Below, in pieces: positions 59,016 to 60,048 of a stretch of DNA of 60,048 bases. Position numbers and translations under genes: made by a program. Where the stretch lies: assembly GCA_022781515.1 (NCBI GenBank), contig JALETI010000022.1, positions 1 to 60,048 on the forward strand, in the 5' to 3' direction. The stretch's first letter is position 1; the number at the start of each line of letters is the position of its first letter. The notes below the pieces were generated by a model. That model ran no database searches. It saw only the letters and a list, made by a program, of their open reading frames with translations, and was not told the origin of the DNA. This DNA is from Lachnospiraceae bacterium. GTDB taxonomy: Bacteria; Bacillota; Clostridia; Lachnospirales; Lachnospiraceae.

Positions 59016-60048
59016 ATGAATAATCAGCTACTGCATACTCCCGAAGGAGTACGTGACATTTATGACAAAGAATGTGCCCGGAAAATGGCCGTACAGGAAC
59101 AGATTCAGAAGGTATTCTACCTCTACGGTTATCAGAATATTGAGACACCCGTTTTTGAATTTTTTGATATTTTCAACAAGGAGCGCGGCAGCGTAGGCAG
59201 CCGCGAGATGTATAAGTTTTTTGACCGTGACAACAACACACTGGTGCTTCGGCCGGATATTACACCATCGATCGCACGCTGCGTCGCAAAGTATTATATG
59301 GATGAGACCGGTCCGCTGCGCCTGTGTTATCTGGGACAGACGTTTATCAACAGCACCAGTTATCAGGGCCGGCTGAAGCAGACGACACAGACCGGCGTGG
59401 AGCTGATCGGAGATGATACCAGTGACGCAGACGGAGAGATGATCGCCATGGTGATCGATGCTCTGAAAGCAGCCGGACTGAAGGAATTTCAGGTGGAACT
59501 GGGACAGGTCGAGTTTTACCGCGGCCTCGTAGAGGAATCCGGTATTGATGAAGAGACTCAGAACCAGCTTCGGGTTTTGATTGAGAATAAGAACTATTTC
59601 GGCGTGGAAGAACTTTTGAACGAGCATACCATGACACCGGAACTGAAGCGTCTGTTTTTGAAGCTTCCGGAGCTGTTTGGCGACATCGAACAGATCCGGA
59701 TCGCAAAATCGATGACGACCAATCCGCGTGCGCTGGCAGCGATTGAACGTCTGGAACGGGTGCAGGATATCCTGGATGGATACGGACTGGGCGATTATGT
59801 GTCCTATGATCTGGGGATGCTGAGTAAATATTCCTATTATACCGGTATTATTTTTAAAGCATATACCTATGGAACCGGTGATTATATTGTGACCGGCGGA
59901 CGTTATGACAAGCTGCTGGAGCAGTTCGGCAAGAAGGCTCCTTCTGTCGGTTTTGCGATTGTGGTGGATCAGCTGATGCTTGCTCTGTCCAGACAGAAGA
60001 TCGATATTCCGGTCAATATGGCAAACACGATCATTCTTTACGACCACG
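59016..60048 (+). CDS. hisZ: ATP phosphoribosyltransferase regulatory subunit; runs off the window
   Basis: Manual translation MNNQLLHTPEGVRDIY...TPVFEFFD...LRPDITPSIAR...YYTGIIF...GGRYD; AGGAGG RBS. Not in the ORF track. Confidence 0.92.
   Translation, partial: MNNQLLHTPEGVRDIYDKECARKMAVQEQIQKVFYLYGYQNIETPVFEFFDIFNKERGSVGSREMYKFFDRDNNTLVLRPDITPSIARCVAKYYMDETGPLRLCYLGQTFINSTSYQGRLKQTTQTGVELIGDDTSDADGEMIAMVIDALKAAGLKEFQVELGQVEFYRGLVEESGIDEETQNQLRVLIENKNYFGVEELLNEHTMTPELKRLFLKLPELFGDIEQIRIAKSMTTNPRALAAIERLERVQDILDGYGLGDYVSYDLGMLSKYSYYTGIIFKAYTYGTGDYIVTGGRYDKLLEQFGKKAPSVGFAIVVDQLMLALSRQKIDIPVNMANTIILYDH

Overview
A mostly core-genome window from a spore-forming Clostridia-type bacterium (Lachnospiraceae-like by gene content and order; inference). 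Left to right: partial ABC-F ATPase; rex-acpS-nnr-mazF-CBS/hemolysin; yebC; pyrBI; a stand-alone hisD; SASP; aldose epimerase; M50 protease; a ParE/ParC-like topoisomerase pair; CIRCE-hrcA-grpE-dnaK-dnaJ-prmA; rpsO-pnp; a biotin-dependent Na+-decarboxylase cluster with two different carboxyltransferases; a small sporulation-type cluster; rnhA-pyrH-frr-uppS-cdsA-dxr-rseP-ispG-polC; radical SAM genes; a split RNase E/G gene; ygiQ to uraA; a purF without its catalytic Cys; and partial hisZ. I saw no rRNA, tRNA, CRISPR array, prophage or intact IS. Best leads: (1) an unassigned structured RNA leader directly behind a perfect sigmaA promoter upstream of rex; (2) an RNase G gene whose -1 frame break sits on a C_CCT_TTC slippery heptamer followed by a hairpin; (3) an Asn-to-Lys change in the OadB GPNVAG motif; (4) a shared HisR-type palindrome upstream of hisD and hisZ; (5) an apparent composition change inside ygiQ. 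All calls come from reading the sequence and recalled family motifs; no searches were run.
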